From the NCBI GenBank assembly GCA_964057225.1, contig OZ059896.1, positions 20,150,001 through 20,214,000 of the forward strand: a stretch of 64,000 nt of DNA, read 5' to 3'. This DNA comes from Auanema rhodensis (taxonomy: Eukaryota > Animalia > Nematoda). The notes under the pieces are model-generated. The model did no database searches, had not been told where the DNA came from, and saw nothing but the letters and a program-made list of their open reading frames with translations. This document shows positions 39,299 to 52,399 of the stretch, piece after piece. The stretch's first letter is position 1. Each line of letters starts with the position of its first letter. Position numbers and translations under genes: made by a program.

Positions 39299-41860
39299 TA
39301 TTTTTCAAGGCAAAGACGATGGACAATGTTATTCAACGAAAAAATTAATTCTTCAGGGTGAAAATCGAGGATATAAGTGTGAACTTATATCAGTTGATAT
39401 CTCGGTGCATTTTTAAGCTAGCGCAAATCTGATAACACAGATCGACGCAGCTTAAAAATGCGCATCGAATGCACTATACTACATTGAGAAACCCTTGATA
39501 CAAAAATTAGTTATGATCGTTTGAAAAATGATGCATTAGTGTATGTTGAGTTTCCATGTACACTCAACATTGCTTCCAAAAACATTTTGACAAAAATTTT
39601 TTCGAAAAATTTCAAAATAATTTAGCAAAAAGTAGATGTTTTTAGATTCCATTTTTCAAGGCAAAGACGATGGACAATGTTATTCAACGAAAAAATTAAT
39701 TCTTCAGGGTGAAAATCGAGGATATAAGTGTGAACTTATATCAGTTGATATCTTGGTGCATTTTTAAGCTAGCGCAAATCTGATAACACAGATCGACGCA
39801 GCTTAAAAATCCGCATCGAATGCACTATACTACATTGAAAAACGCTTAATACAAAAATTAGTTATGATCGTTTGAAAAATGATGCATTAGTGTATGTTGA
39901 GTTTCCATGTACACTCAACATTGCTTCCAAAAACATTTTGACAAAAATTTTTTCGAAAAATTTCAAAATAATTTAGCAAAAAGTAGATGTTTTTAGATTC
40001 CATTTTTCAAGGCAAAGACGATGGACAATGTTATTCAACGGAAAAATTATTTCTTCAGGGTGAAAATCGAGGATATAAGTGTGAACTTATATCAGTTGAT
40101 ATCTCGGTGCATTTTTAAGCTAGCGCAAATCTGATAACACAGATCGACGCAGCTTAAAAATGCGCATCGAATGCACTATACTACATTGAGAAACGCTTGA
40201 TACAAAAATTAGTTATGATCGTTTGAAAAATGATGCATTAGTGTATGTTGAGTTTCCATGTACACTCAACATTGCTTCCAAAAACATTTTGACAAAAATT
40301 TTTTCGAAAAATTTCGAAATAATTTAGCAAAAAGTAGATGTTTTTAGATTCCTTTATTCAAGGCAAAGACGATGGACAATGTTATTCAACGAAAAAATTA
40401 ATTCTTTAGGGTGAAAATCGAGGATATAAGTGTGAACTTATATCAGTTGATATCTTGGTGCATTTTTAAGCTAGCGCAAATCTGATAACACAGATCGACG
40501 CAGCTTAAAAATCCGCATCGAATGCACTATACTACATTGAAAAACGCTTAATACAAAAATTAGTTATGATCGTTTGAAAAATGATGCATTAGTGTATGTT
40601 GAGTTTCCATGTACACTCAACATTGCTTCCAAAAACATTTTGACAAAAATTTTTTCGAAAAATTTCAAAATAATTTAGCAAAAAGTAGATGTTTTTAGAT
40701 TCCATTTTTCAAGGCAAAGACGATGGACAATGTTATTCAACGAAAAAATTAATTCTTCAGGGTGAAAATCGAGGATATAAGTGTGAACTTATATCAGTTG
40801 ATATCTCGGTGCATTTTTAAGCTAGCGCAAATCTGATAACACAGATCGACGCAGCTTAAAAATCCGCATCGAATGCACTATACTACATTGAGAAACGCTT
40901 AATACAAAAATTAGTTATGATCGTTTGAAAAATGATGCATTAGTGTATGTTGAGTTTCCATGTACACTCAACATTGCTTCCAAAAACATTTTGACAAAAA
41001 TTTTTTCGAAAAATTTCAAAATAATTTAGCAAAAAGTAGATGTTTTTAGATTCCTTTTTTCAAGGCAAAGACGATGGACAATGTTATTCAACGAAAAAAT
41101 TATTCCTTCAGGGTGAAAATCGAGGATATAAGTGTGAACTTATATCAGTTGATATCTCGGTGCATTTTTAAGCTAGCGCAAATCTGATAACAGAGATCGA
41201 CGCAGCTTAAAAATCCGCATCGAATGCACTATACTACATTGAGAAACGCTTAATACAAAAATTAGTTATGATCGTTTGAAAAATGATGCATTAGTGTATG
41301 TTGAGTTTCCATGTACACTCAACATTGCTTCCAAAAACATTTTGACAAAAATTTTTTCGAAAAATTTCAAAATAATTTAGCAAAAAGTAGATGTTTTTAG
41401 ATTCTATTTTTCAAGGCAAAGACGATGGACAATGTTATTCAACGAAAAAATTAATTCTTCAGGGTGAAAATCGAGGATATAAGTGTGAACTTATATCAGT
41501 TGATATCTCGGTGCATTTTTAAGCTAGCGCAAATCTGATAACACAGATCGACGCAGCTTAAAAATGCGCATCGAATGCACTATACTACATTGAGAAACCC
41601 TTGATACAAAAATTAGTTATGATCGTTTGAAAAATGATGCATTAGTGTATGTTGAGTTTCCATGTACACTCAACATTGCTTCCAAAAACATTTTGACAAA
41701 AATTTTTTCGAAAAATTTCAAAATAATTTAGCAAAAAGTAGATGTTTTTAGATTCCATTTTTCAAGGCAAAGACGATGGACAATGTTATTCAACGAAAAA
41801 ATTAATTCTTCAGGGTGAAAATCGAGGATATAAGTGTGAACTTATATCAGTTGATATCTC
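37650..41860. repeat. Tandem duplication of a 6-monomer (2106-bp) block
   Basis: CTATTTTT 39299/41405; AAACCCTTG ~39493/~41599; recombinant junction monomer at 39664-40014. Boundaries are approximate. Confidence 0.75.
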
Positions 41861-44800
41861 GGTGCATTTTTAAGCTAGCGCAAATCTGATAACACAGATC
41901 GACGCAGCTTAAAAATTCGCATCGAATGCACTATACTACATTGAGAAACGCTTAATACAAAAATTAGTTATGATCGTTTGAAAAATGATGCATTAGTGTA
42001 TGTTGAGTTTCCATGTACACTCAACATTGCTTCCAAAAACATTTTGACAAAAATTTTTTCGAAAAATTTCAAAATAATTTAGCAAAAAGTAGATGTTTTT
42101 AGATTCCTTTTTTCAAGGCAAAGACGATGGACAATGTTATTCAACGAAAAAATTATTCCTTCAGGGTGAAAATCGAGGATATAAGTGTGAACTTATATCA
42201 GTTGATATCTCGGTGCATTTTTAAGCTAGCGCAAATCTGATAACAGAGATCGACGCAGCTTAAAAATCCGCATCGAATGCACTATACTACATTGAGAAAC
42301 GCTTAATACAAAAATTAGTTATGATCGTTTGAAAAATGATGCATTAGTGTATGTTGAGTTTCCATGTACACTCAACATTGCTTCCAAAAACATTTTGACA
42401 AAAATTTTTTCGAAAAATTTCAAATAAATTTAGCAAAAAGTAGATGTTTTTAGATTCCTTTATTCAAGGCAAAGACGATGGACAATGTTATTCAACGAAA
42501 AAAGTAATTCTTCAGGGTGAAAATCGAGGATATAAGTGTAAACTTATATCAGTTGATATCTCGGTGCATTTTTAAGCTAGCGCAAATCTGATAACACAGA
42601 TCGACGCAGCTTAAAAATCCGCATCGAATGCACTATACTACATTGAAAAACGCTTAATACAAAAATTAGTTATGATCGTTTGAAAAATGATGCATTAGTG
42701 TATGTTGAGTTTCCATGTACACTCAACATTGCTTCCAAAAACATTTTGACAAAAATTTTTTCGAAAAATTTCAAAATAATTTAGCAAAAAGTAGATGTTT
42801 TTAGATTCCATTTTTCAAGGCAAAGACGATGGACAGTGGTATTCAACGAAAAAATTAATTCTTCAGGGTGAAAATCGAGGATATAAGTGTGAACTTATAT
42901 CAGTTGATATCTCGGTGCATTTTTAAGCTAGCGCAAATCTGATAACACAGATCGACGCAGCTTAAAAATCCGCATCGAATGCACTATACTACATTGAGAA
43001 ACGCTTAATACAAAAATTAGTTATGATCGTTTGAAAAATGATGCATTAGTGTATGTTGAGTTTCCATGTACACTCAACATTGCTTCCAAAAACATTTTGA
43101 CAAAAATTTTTTCGAAAAATTTCAAAATAATTTAGCAAAAAGTAGATGTTTTTAGATTCCTTCATTCAAGGCAAAGACGATGGACAATGTTATTCAACGA
43201 AAAAATTAATTCTTCAGGGTGAAAATCGAGGATATAAGTGTGAACTTATATCAGTTGATATCTCGGTGCATTTTTAAGCTAGCGCAAATCTGATAACACA
43301 GATCGACGCAGCTTAAAAATCCGCATCGAATGCACTATACTACATTGAGAAACGCTTAATACAAAAATTAGTTATGATCGTTTGAAAAATGATGCATTAG
43401 TGTATGTTGAGTTTCCATGTACACTCAACATTGCTTCCAAAAACATTTTGACAAAAATTTTTTCGAAAAATTTCAAATAAATTTAGCAAAAAGTAGATGT
43501 TTTTAGATTCCTTTATTCAAGGCAAAGACGATGGACAATGTTATTCAACGAAAAAATTAATTCTTCAGGGTGAAAATCGAGGATATAAGTGTAAACTTAT
43601 ATCAGTTGATATCTCGGTGCATTTTTAAGCTAGCGCAAATCTGATAACACAGATCGACGCAGCTTAAAAATCCGCATCGAATGCACTATACTACATTGAG
43701 AAACGCTTGATACAAAAATTAGTTATGATCGTTTGAAAAATGATGCATTAGTGTATGTTGAGTTTCCATGTACACTCAACATTGCTTCCAAAAACATTTT
43801 GACAAAAATTTTTTCGAAAAATTTCAAATAAATTTAGCAAAAAGTAGATGTTTTTAGATTCCTTTATTCAAGGCAAAGACGATGGACAATGTTATTCAAC
43901 GAAAAAATTAATTCTTCAGGGTGAAAATCGAGGATATAAGTGTGAACTTATATCAGTTGATATCTCGGTGCATTTTTAAGCTAGCGCAAATCTGATAACA
44001 CAGATCGACGCAGCTTAAAAATGCGCATCGAATGCACTATACTACATTGAGAAACCCTTGATACAAAAATTAGTTATGATCGTTTGAAAAATGATGCATT
44101 AGTGTATGTTGAGTTTCCATGTACACTCAACATTGCTTCCAAAAACATTTTGACAAAAATTTTTTCGAAAAATTTCAAAATAATTTAGCAAAAAGTAGAT
44201 GTTTTTAGATTCCATTTTTCAAGGCAAAGACGATGGACAATGTTATTCAACGAAAAAATTAATTCTTCAGGGTGAAAATCGAGGATATAAGTGTGAACTT
44301 ATATCAGTTGATATCTCGGTGCATTTTTAAGCTAGCGCAAATCTGATAACACAGATCGACGCAGCTTAAAAATTCGCATCGAATGCACTATACTACATTG
44401 AGAAACGCTTAATACAAAAATTAGTTATGATCGTTTGAAAAATGATGCATTAGTGTATGTTGAGTTTCCATGTACACTCAACATTGCTTCCAAAAACATT
44501 TTGACAAAAATTTTTTCGAAAAATTTCAAAATAATTTAGCAAAAAGTAGATGTTTTTAGATTCCTTTTTTCAAGGCAAAGACGATGGACAATGTTATTCA
44601 ACGAAAAAATTATTCCTTCAGGGTGAAAATCGAGGATATAAGTGTGAACTTATATCAGTTGATATCTCGGTGCATTTTTAAGCTAGCGCAAATCTGATAA
44701 CAGAGATCGACGCAGCTTAAAAATCCGCATCGAATGCACTATACTACATTGAGAAACGCTTAATACAAAAATTAGTTATGATCGTTTGAAAAATGATGCA

Positions 44801-46285
44801 TTAGTGTATGTTGAGTTTCCATGTACACTCAACATTGCTTCCAAAAACATTTTGACAAAAATTTTTTCGAAAAATTTCAAATAAATTTAGCAAAAAGTAG
44901 ATGTTTTTAGATTCCTTTATTCAAGGCAAAGACGATGGACAATGTTATTCAACGAAAAAAGTAATTCTTCAGGGTGAAAATCGAGGATATAAGTGTAAAC
45001 TTATATCAGTTGATATCTCGGTGCATTTTTAAGCTAGCGCAAATCTGATAACACAGATCGACGCAGCTTAAAAATCCGCATCGAATGCACTATACTACAT
45101 TGAAAAACGCTTAATACAAAAATTAGTTATGATCGTTTGAAAAATGATGCATTAGTGTATGTTGAGTTTCCATGTACACTCAACATTGCTTCCAAAAACA
45201 TTTTGACAAAAATTTTTTCGAAAAATTTCAAAATAATTTAGCAAAAAGTAGATGTTTTTAGATTCCATTTTTCAAGGCAAAGACGATGGACAGTGGTATT
45301 CAACGAAAAAATTAATTCTTCAGGGTGAAAATCGAGGATATAAGTGTGAACTTATATCAGTTGATATCTCGGTGCATTTTTAAGCTAGCGCAAATCTGAT
45401 AACACAGATCGACGCAGCTTAAAAATCCGCATCGAATGCACTATACTACATTGAGAAACGCTTAATACAAAAATTAGTTATGATCGTTTGAAAAATGATG
45501 CATTAGTGTATGTTGAGTTTCCATGTACACTCAACATTGCTTCCAAAAACATTTTGACAAAAATTTTTTCGAAAAATTTCAAAATAATTTAGCAAAAAGT
45601 AGATGTTTTTAGATTCCTTCATTCAAGGCAAAGACGATGGACAATGTTATTCAACGAAAAAATTAATTCTTCAGGGTGAAAATCGAGGATATAAGTGTGA
45701 ACTTATATCAGTTGATATCTCGGTGCATTTTTAAGCTAGCGCAAATCTGATAACACAGATCGACGCAGCTTAAAAATCCGCATCGAATGCACTATACTAC
45801 ATTGAGAAACGCTTAATACAAAAATTAGTTATGATCGTTTGAAAAATGATGCATTAGTGTATGTTGAGTTTCCATGTACACTCAACATTGCTTCCAAAAA
45901 CATTTTGACAAAAATTTTTTCGAAAAATTTCAAATAAATTTAGCAAAAAGTAGATGTTTTTAGATTCCTTTATTCAAGGCAAAGACGATGGACAATGTTA
46001 TTCAACGAAAAAATTAATTCTTCAGGGTGAAAATCGAGGATATAAGTGTAAACTTATATCAGTTGATATCTCGGTGCATTTTTAAGCTAGCGCAAATCTG
46101 ATAACACAGATCGACGCAGCTTAAAAATCCGCATCGAATGCACTATACTACATTGAGAAACGCTTGATACAAAAATTAGTTATGATCGTTTGAAAAATGA
46201 TGCATTAGTGTATGTTGAGTTTCCATGTACACTCAACATTGCTTCCAAAAACATTTTGACAAAAATTTTTTCGAAAAATTTCAAA
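41480..46285. repeat. Tandem duplication of a 7-monomer (2457-bp) block
   Basis: AAAATTCGC 41917/44374, AAAGTAATT 42504/44961, CTTCATTC 43163/45620, GTAA loop 43593/46050. Boundaries are approximate. Confidence 0.85.
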
Positions 46286-46399
46286 ATAATTTAGCAAAAA
46301 GTAGATGTTTTTAGATTCCATTTTTCAAGGCAAAGACGATGGACAGTGGTATTCAACGAAAAAATTAATTCTTCAGGGTGAAAATCGAGGATATAAGTG

Positions 46400-49300
46400 T
46401 GAACTTATATCAGTTGATATCTCGGTGCATTTTTAAGCTAGCGCAAATCTGATAACACAGATCGACGCAGCTTAAAAATCCGCATCGAATGCACTATACT
46501 ACATTGAGAAACGCTTAATACAAAAATTAGTTATGATCGTTTGAAAAATGATGCATTAGTGTATGTTGAGTTTCCATGTACACTCAACATTGCTTCCAAA
46601 AACATTTTGACAAAAATTTTTTCGAAAAATTTCAAAATAATTTAGCAAAAAGTAGATGTTTTTAGATTCCTTTATTCAAGGCAAAGACGATGGACAATGT
46701 TATTCAACAAAAAAATTAATTCTTCAGGGTGAAAATCGAGGATATAAGTGTGAACTTATATCAGTTGATATCTCGGTGCATTTTTAAGCTAGCGCAAATC
46801 TGATAACACAGATCGACGCAGCTTAAAAATCCGCATCGAATGCACTATACTACATTGAGAAACGCTTAATACAAAAATTAGTTATGATCGTTTGAAAAAT
46901 GATGCATTAGTGTATGTTGAGTTTCCATGTACACTCAACATTGCTTCCAAAAACATTTTGACAAAAATTTTTTCGAAAAATTTCAAAATAATTTAGCAAA
47001 AAGTAGATGTTTTTAGATTCCTTTATTCAAGGCAAAGACGATGGACAAAGTTATTCAACGAAAAAATTAATTCTTCAGGGTGAAAATCGAGGATATAAGT
47101 GTGAACTTATATCAGTTGATATCTCGGTGCATTTTTAAGCTAGCGCAAATCTGATAACACAGATCGACGCAGCTTAAAAATCCGCATCGAATGCACTATA
47201 CTACATTGAGAAACGCTTAATACAAAAATTAGTTATGATCGTTTGAAAAATGATGCATTAGTGTATGTTGAGTTTCCATGTACACTCAACATTGCTTCCA
47301 AAAACATTTTGACAAAAATTTTTTCGAAAAATTTCAAAATAATTTAGTAAAAAGTAGATGTTTTTAGATTCCTTTATTCAAGGCAAAGACGATGGACAAT
47401 GTTATTCAACAAAAAAATTAATTCTTCAGGGTGAAAATCGAGGATATAAGTGTGAACTTATATCAGTTGATATCTCGGTGCATTTTTAAGCTAGCGCAAA
47501 TCTGATAACACAGATCGACGCAGCTTAAAAATCCGCATTGAATGCACTATACTACATTGAGAAACGCTTGATACAAAATTTAGTTATGATGGTTTGAAAA
47601 ATGATGCATTAGTGTATGTTGAGTTTCCATGTACACTCAACATTGCTTCCAAAAACATTTTGACAAAAATTTTTTCGAAAAATTTCAAAATAATTTAGCA
47701 AAAAGTAGATGTTTTTAGATTCCATTTTTCAAGGCAAAGACGATGGACAATGTTATTCAACGGAAAAATTATTTCTTCAGGGTGAAAATCGAGGATATAA
47801 GTGTGAACTTATATCAGTTGATATCTCGGTGCATTTTTAAGCTAGCGCAAATCTGATAACACAGATCGACGCAGCTTAAAAATCCGCATCGAATGCACTA
47901 TACTACATTGAGAAACGCTTAATACAAAAATTAGTTATGATCGTTTGAAAAATGATGCATTAGTGTATGTTGAGTTTCCATGTACACTCAACATTGCTTC
48001 CAAAAACATTTTGACAAAAATTTTTTCGAAAAATTTCAAAATAATTTAGCAAAAAGTAGATGTTTTTAGATTCCATTTTTCAAGGCAAAGACGATGGACA
48101 GTGGTATTCAACGAAAAAATTAATTCTTCAGGGTGAAAATCGAGGATATAAGTGTGAACTTATATCAGTTGATATCTCGGTGCATTTTTAAGCTAGCGCA
48201 AATCTGATAACACAGATCGACGCAGCTTAAAAATCCGCATCGAATGCACTATACTACATTGAGAAACGCTTAATACAAAAATTAGTTATGATCGTTTGAA
48301 AAATGATGCATTAGTGTATGTTGAGTTTCCATGTACACTCAACATTGCTTCCAAAAACATTTTGACAAAAATTTTTTCGAAAAATTTCAAAATAATTTAG
48401 TAAAAAGTAGATGTTTTTAGATTCCTTTATTCAAGGCAAAGACGATGGACAATGTTATTCAACAAAAAAATTAATTCTTCAGGGTGAAAATCGAGGATAT
48501 AAGTGTGAACTTATATCAGTTGATATCTCGGTGCATTTTTAAGCTAGCGCAAATCTGATAACACAGATCGACGCAGCTTAAAAATCCGCATTGAATGCAC
48601 TATACTACATTGAGAAACGCTTGATACAAAATTTAGTTATGATCGTTTGAAAAATGATGCATTAGTGTATGTTGAGTTTCCATGTACACTCAACATTGCT
48701 TCCAAAAACATTTTGACAAAAATTTTTTCGAAAAATTTCAAAATAATTTAGCAAAAAGTAGATGTTTTTAGATTCCATTTTTCAAGGCAAAGACGATGGA
48801 CAATGTTATTCAACGGAAAAATTATTTCTTCAGGGTGAAAATCGAGGATATAAGTGTGAACTTATATCAGTTGATATCTCGGTGCATTTTTAAGCTAGCG
48901 CAAATCTGATAACACAGATCGACGCAGCTTAAAAATCCGCATCGAATGCACTATACTACATTGAGAAACGCTTAATACAAAAATTAGTTATGATCGTTTG
49001 AAAAATGATGCATTAGTGTATGTTGAGTTTCCATGTACACTCAACATTGCTTCCAAAAACATTTTGACAAAAATTTTTTCGAAAAATTTCAAAATAATTT
49101 AGCAAAAAGTAGATGTTTTTAGATTCCTTTATTCAAGGCAAAGACGATGGACAATGTTATTCAACAAAAAAATTAATTCTTCAGGGTGAAAATCGAGGAT
49201 ATAAGTGTGAACTTATATCAGTTGATATCTCGGTGCATTTTTAAGCTAGCGCAAATCTGATAACACAGATCGACGCAGCTTAAAAATCCGCATCGAATGC

Positions 49301-50500
49301 ACTATACTACATTGAGAAACGCTTAATACAAAAATTAGTTATGATCGTTTGAAAAATGATGCATTAGTGTATGTTGAGTTTCCATGTACACTCAACATTG
49401 CTTCCAAAAACATTTTGACAAAAATTTTTTCGAAAAATTTCAAAATAATTTAGCAAAAAGTAGATGTTTTTAGATTCCTTTATTCAAGGCAAAGACGATG
49501 GACAAAGTTATTCAACGAAAAAATTAATTCTTCAGGGTGAAAATCGAGGATATAGGTGTGAACTTATATCAGTTGATATCTCGGTGCATTTTTAAGCTAG
49601 CGCAAATCTGATAACACAGATCGACGCAGCTTAAAAATCCGCATCGAATGCACTATACTACATTGAGAAACGCTTAATACAAAAATTAGTTATGATCGTT
49701 TGAAAAATGATGCATTAGTGTATGTTGAGTTTCCATGTACACTCAACATTGCTTCCAAAAACATTTTGACAAAAATTTTTTCGAAAAATTTCAAAATAAT
49801 TTAGTAAAAAGTAGATGTTTTTAGATTCCTTTATTCAAGGCAAAGACGATGGACAATGTTATTCAACAAAAAAATTAATTCTTCAGGGTGAAAATCGAGG
49901 ATATAAGTGTGAACTTATATCAGTTGATATCTCGGTGCATTTTTAAGCTAGCGCAAATCTGATAACACAGATCGACGCAGCTTAAAAATCCGCATTGAAT
50001 GCACTATACTACATTGAGAAACGCTTGATACAAAATTTAGTTATGATGGTTTGAAAAATGATGCATTAGTGTATGTTGAGTTTCCATGTACACTCAACAT
50101 TGCTTCCAAAAACATTTTGACAAAAATTTTTTCGAAAAATTTCAAAATAATTTAGCAAAAAGTAGATGTTTTTAGATTCCATTTTTCAAGGCAAAGACGA
50201 TGGACAATGTTATTCAACGGAAAAATTATTTCTTCAGGGTGAAAATCGAGGATATAAGTGTGAACTTATATCAGTTGATATCTCGGTGCATTTTTAAGCT
50301 AGCGCAAATCTGATAACACAGATCGACGCAGCTTAAAAATCCGCATCGAATGCACTATACTACATTGAGAAACGCTTAATACAAAAATTAGTTATGATCG
50401 TTTGAAAAATGATGCATTAGTGTATGTTGAGTTTCCATGTACACTCAACATTGCTTCCAAAAACATTTTGACAAAAATTTTTTCGAAAAATTTCAAAATA
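46400..50500. repeat. Partial duplication at 7-monomer offset
   Basis: GACAAAGTT 47049/49506 and GATGGTTT 47591/50048 (offset 2457). The match breaks down after ~48030/50490. Confidence 0.7.
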
Positions 50501-52399
50501 ATTTAGTAAAAAGTAGATGTTTTTAGATTCCTTTATTCAAGGCAAAGACGATGGACAATGTTATTCAACAAAAAAATTAATTCTTCAGGGTGAAAATCGA
50601 GGATATAAGTGTGAACTTATATCAGTTGATATCTCGGTGCATTTTTAAGCTAGCGCAAATCTGATAACACAGATCGACGCAGCTTAAAAATCCGCATTGA
50701 ATGCACTATACTACATTGAGAAACGCTTGATACAAAATTTAGTTATGATCGTTTGAAAAATGATGCATTAGTGTATGTTGAGTTTCCATGTACACTCAAC
50801 ATTGCTTCCAAAAACATTTTGACAAAAATTTTTTCGAAAAATTTCAAAATAATTTAGCAAAAAGTAGATGTTTTTAGATTCCATTTTTCAAGGCAAAGAC
50901 GATGGACAATGTTATTCAACGGAAAAATTATTTCTTCAGGGTGAAAATCGAGGATATAAGTGTGAACTTATATCAGTTGATATCTCGGTGCATTTTTAAG
51001 CTAGCGCAAATCTGATAACACAGATCGACGCAGCTTAAAAATCCGCATCGAATGCACTATACTACATTGAGAAACGCTTAATACAAAAATTAGTTATGAT
51101 CGTTTGAAAAATGATGCATTAGTGTATGTTGAGTTTCCATGTACACTCAACATTGCTTCCAAAAACATTTTGACAAAAATTTTTTCGAAAAATTTCAAAA
51201 TAATTTAGCAAAAAGTAGATGTTTTTAGATTCCATTTTTCAAGGCAAAGACGATGGACAGTGGTATTCAACGAAAAAATTAATTCTTCAGGGTGAAAATC
51301 GAGGATATAAGTGTGAACTTATATCAGTTGATATCTCGGTGCATTTTTAAGCTAGCGCAAATCTGATAACACAGATCGACGCAGCTTAAAAATCCGCATC
51401 GAATGCACTATACTACATTGAGAAACGCTTAATACAAAAATTAGTTATGATCGTTTGAAAAATGATGCATTAGTGTATGTTGAGTTTCCATGTACACTCA
51501 ACATTGCTTCCAAAAACATTTTGACAAAAATTTTTTCGAAAAATTTCAAAATAATTTAGCAAAAAGTAGATGTTTTTAGATTCCATTTTTCAAGGCAAAG
51601 ACGATGGACAATGTTATTCAACGGAAAAATTATTTCTTCAGGGTGAAAATCGAGGATATAAGTGTGAACTTATATCAGTTGATATCTCGGTGCATTTTTA
51701 AGCTAGCGCAAATCTGATAACACAGATCGACGCAGCTTAAAAATCCGCATCGAATGCACTATACTACATTGAGAAACGCTTAATACAAAAATTAGTTATG
51801 ATCGTTTGAAAAATGATGCATTAGTGTATGTTGAGTTTCCATGTACACTCAACATTGCTTCCAAAAACATTTTGACAAAAATTTTTTCGAAAAATTTCAA
51901 AATAATTTAGCAAAAAGTAGATGTTTTTAGATTCCATTTTTCAAGGCAAAGACGATGGACAGTGGTATTCAACGAAAAAATTAATTCTTCAGGGTGAAAA
52001 TCGAGGATATAAGTGTGAACTTATATCAGTTGATATCTCGGTGCATTTTTAAGCTAGCGCAAATCTGATAACACAGAGCGACGCAGCTTAAAAATCCGCA
52101 TCGAATGCACTATACTACATTGAGAAACGCTTAATACAAAAATTAGTTATGATCGTTTGAAAAATGATGCATTAGTGTATGTTGAGTTTCCATGTACACT
52201 CAACATTGCTTCCAAAAACATTTTGACAAAAATTTTTTCGAAAAATTTCAAAATAATTTAGCAAAAAGTAGATGTTTTTAGATTCCTTTATTCAAGGCAA
52301 AGACGATGGACAATGTTATTCAACGAAAAAATTAATTCTTCAGGGTGAAAATCGAGGATATAAGTGTGAACTTATATCAGTTGATATCTCGGTGCATTT

